Below the pieces are notes generated by a model. The model saw nothing but the letters and a program-made list of their open reading frames with translations. It was not told the DNA's origin and made no database searches. The translations under genes and the position numbers were made by a program. A stretch of 64,000 bases of DNA, the filler included, from Stramenopiles sp. TOSAG23-3 (taxonomy: Eukaryota), in assembly GCA_900128585.1 (NCBI GenBank). It is 7 parts of 7 records of this genome, joined end to end, with 100 filler letters (N's around TTAATTAATTAA, not from the genome) between each part and the next. Parts side by side here need not be neighbours in the genome. Positions count along the whole stretch, not along the records: positions 55,218 to 64,000 come from LT642983.1; 6 more parts are not named here. One strand, written 5' to 3'. Shown here in pieces: positions 63,748 to 64,000 of the stretch. Position 1 is the first letter of the stretch; every line of letters starts with the position of its first letter.

Positions 63748-64000
63748 AATGATATCTACAAAATTATAATGGAAAAAACGAATAAAATTCAGTTCAATCT
63801 TGTGAAGTAGTGTCTTGAATGAAAAGAAGGAAGGGTTAACATTTTAATTATCAAGTACATAGTCTATATATTTTTTAAAATTATTTTTAAAAAAAAATAT
63901 AATAAAAAAAATAATTCACTCACCACCACCACATCGATCCTACCAACAACAACACAACAAACAAAAACCAACAAATCTCATCTTGCTTCGATTGTATTTA

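Overview
Eukaryotic nuclear DNA, not one contiguous locus. Seven unrelated contigs of about 9.1 kb (1-9116, 9217-18329, 18430-27537, 27638-36734, 36835-45928, 46029-55117, 55218->64000; complete lengths fall steadily 9116, 9113, 9108, 9097, 9094, 9089) are joined by artificial 100-nt linkers (N44-TTAATTAATTAA-N44). Genes are dense and almost intronless, separated by very AT-rich, microsatellite-rich spacers. The standard genetic code fits, with TAA, TAG and TGA all used as stops. Gene content: lysosomal/digestive enzymes (three papain-family proteases, sedolisin/TPP1, GH27 glycosidase), two-pore channel, Rab22, ABCD transporter, RNase Z, PKG-like kinase, SEC63, SUN protein, ciliary proteins (FAM166-like, SPEF1/SPATA4-type CH protein, MORN protein) and several orphan coiled-coil proteins. 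This suggests a flagellated phagotrophic protist, probably a stramenopile MAG/SAG (inference). No rRNA, tRNA or CRISPR array was recognised. Most notable: (i) a modular dispersed repeat with imperfect terminal inverted repeats that sits next to stop codons in five contigs; (ii) a giant receptor-like gene split by an inversion with a 79-bp inverted repeat, probably a chimera; (iii) two frame-breaking junctions that both read TTG|CAG; (iv) an RFX/D5-like winged-helix-WD40 fusion with a decayed tail; (v) a multivalent LC8-type TSP/TQT repeat protein; (vi) a coiled-coil protein with a repeated VxIxRSGSVxV motif; (vii) rare 5'-end intron candidates, one GC-AG. I found no clear multi-gene novel system, and several oddities may be assembly artefacts.
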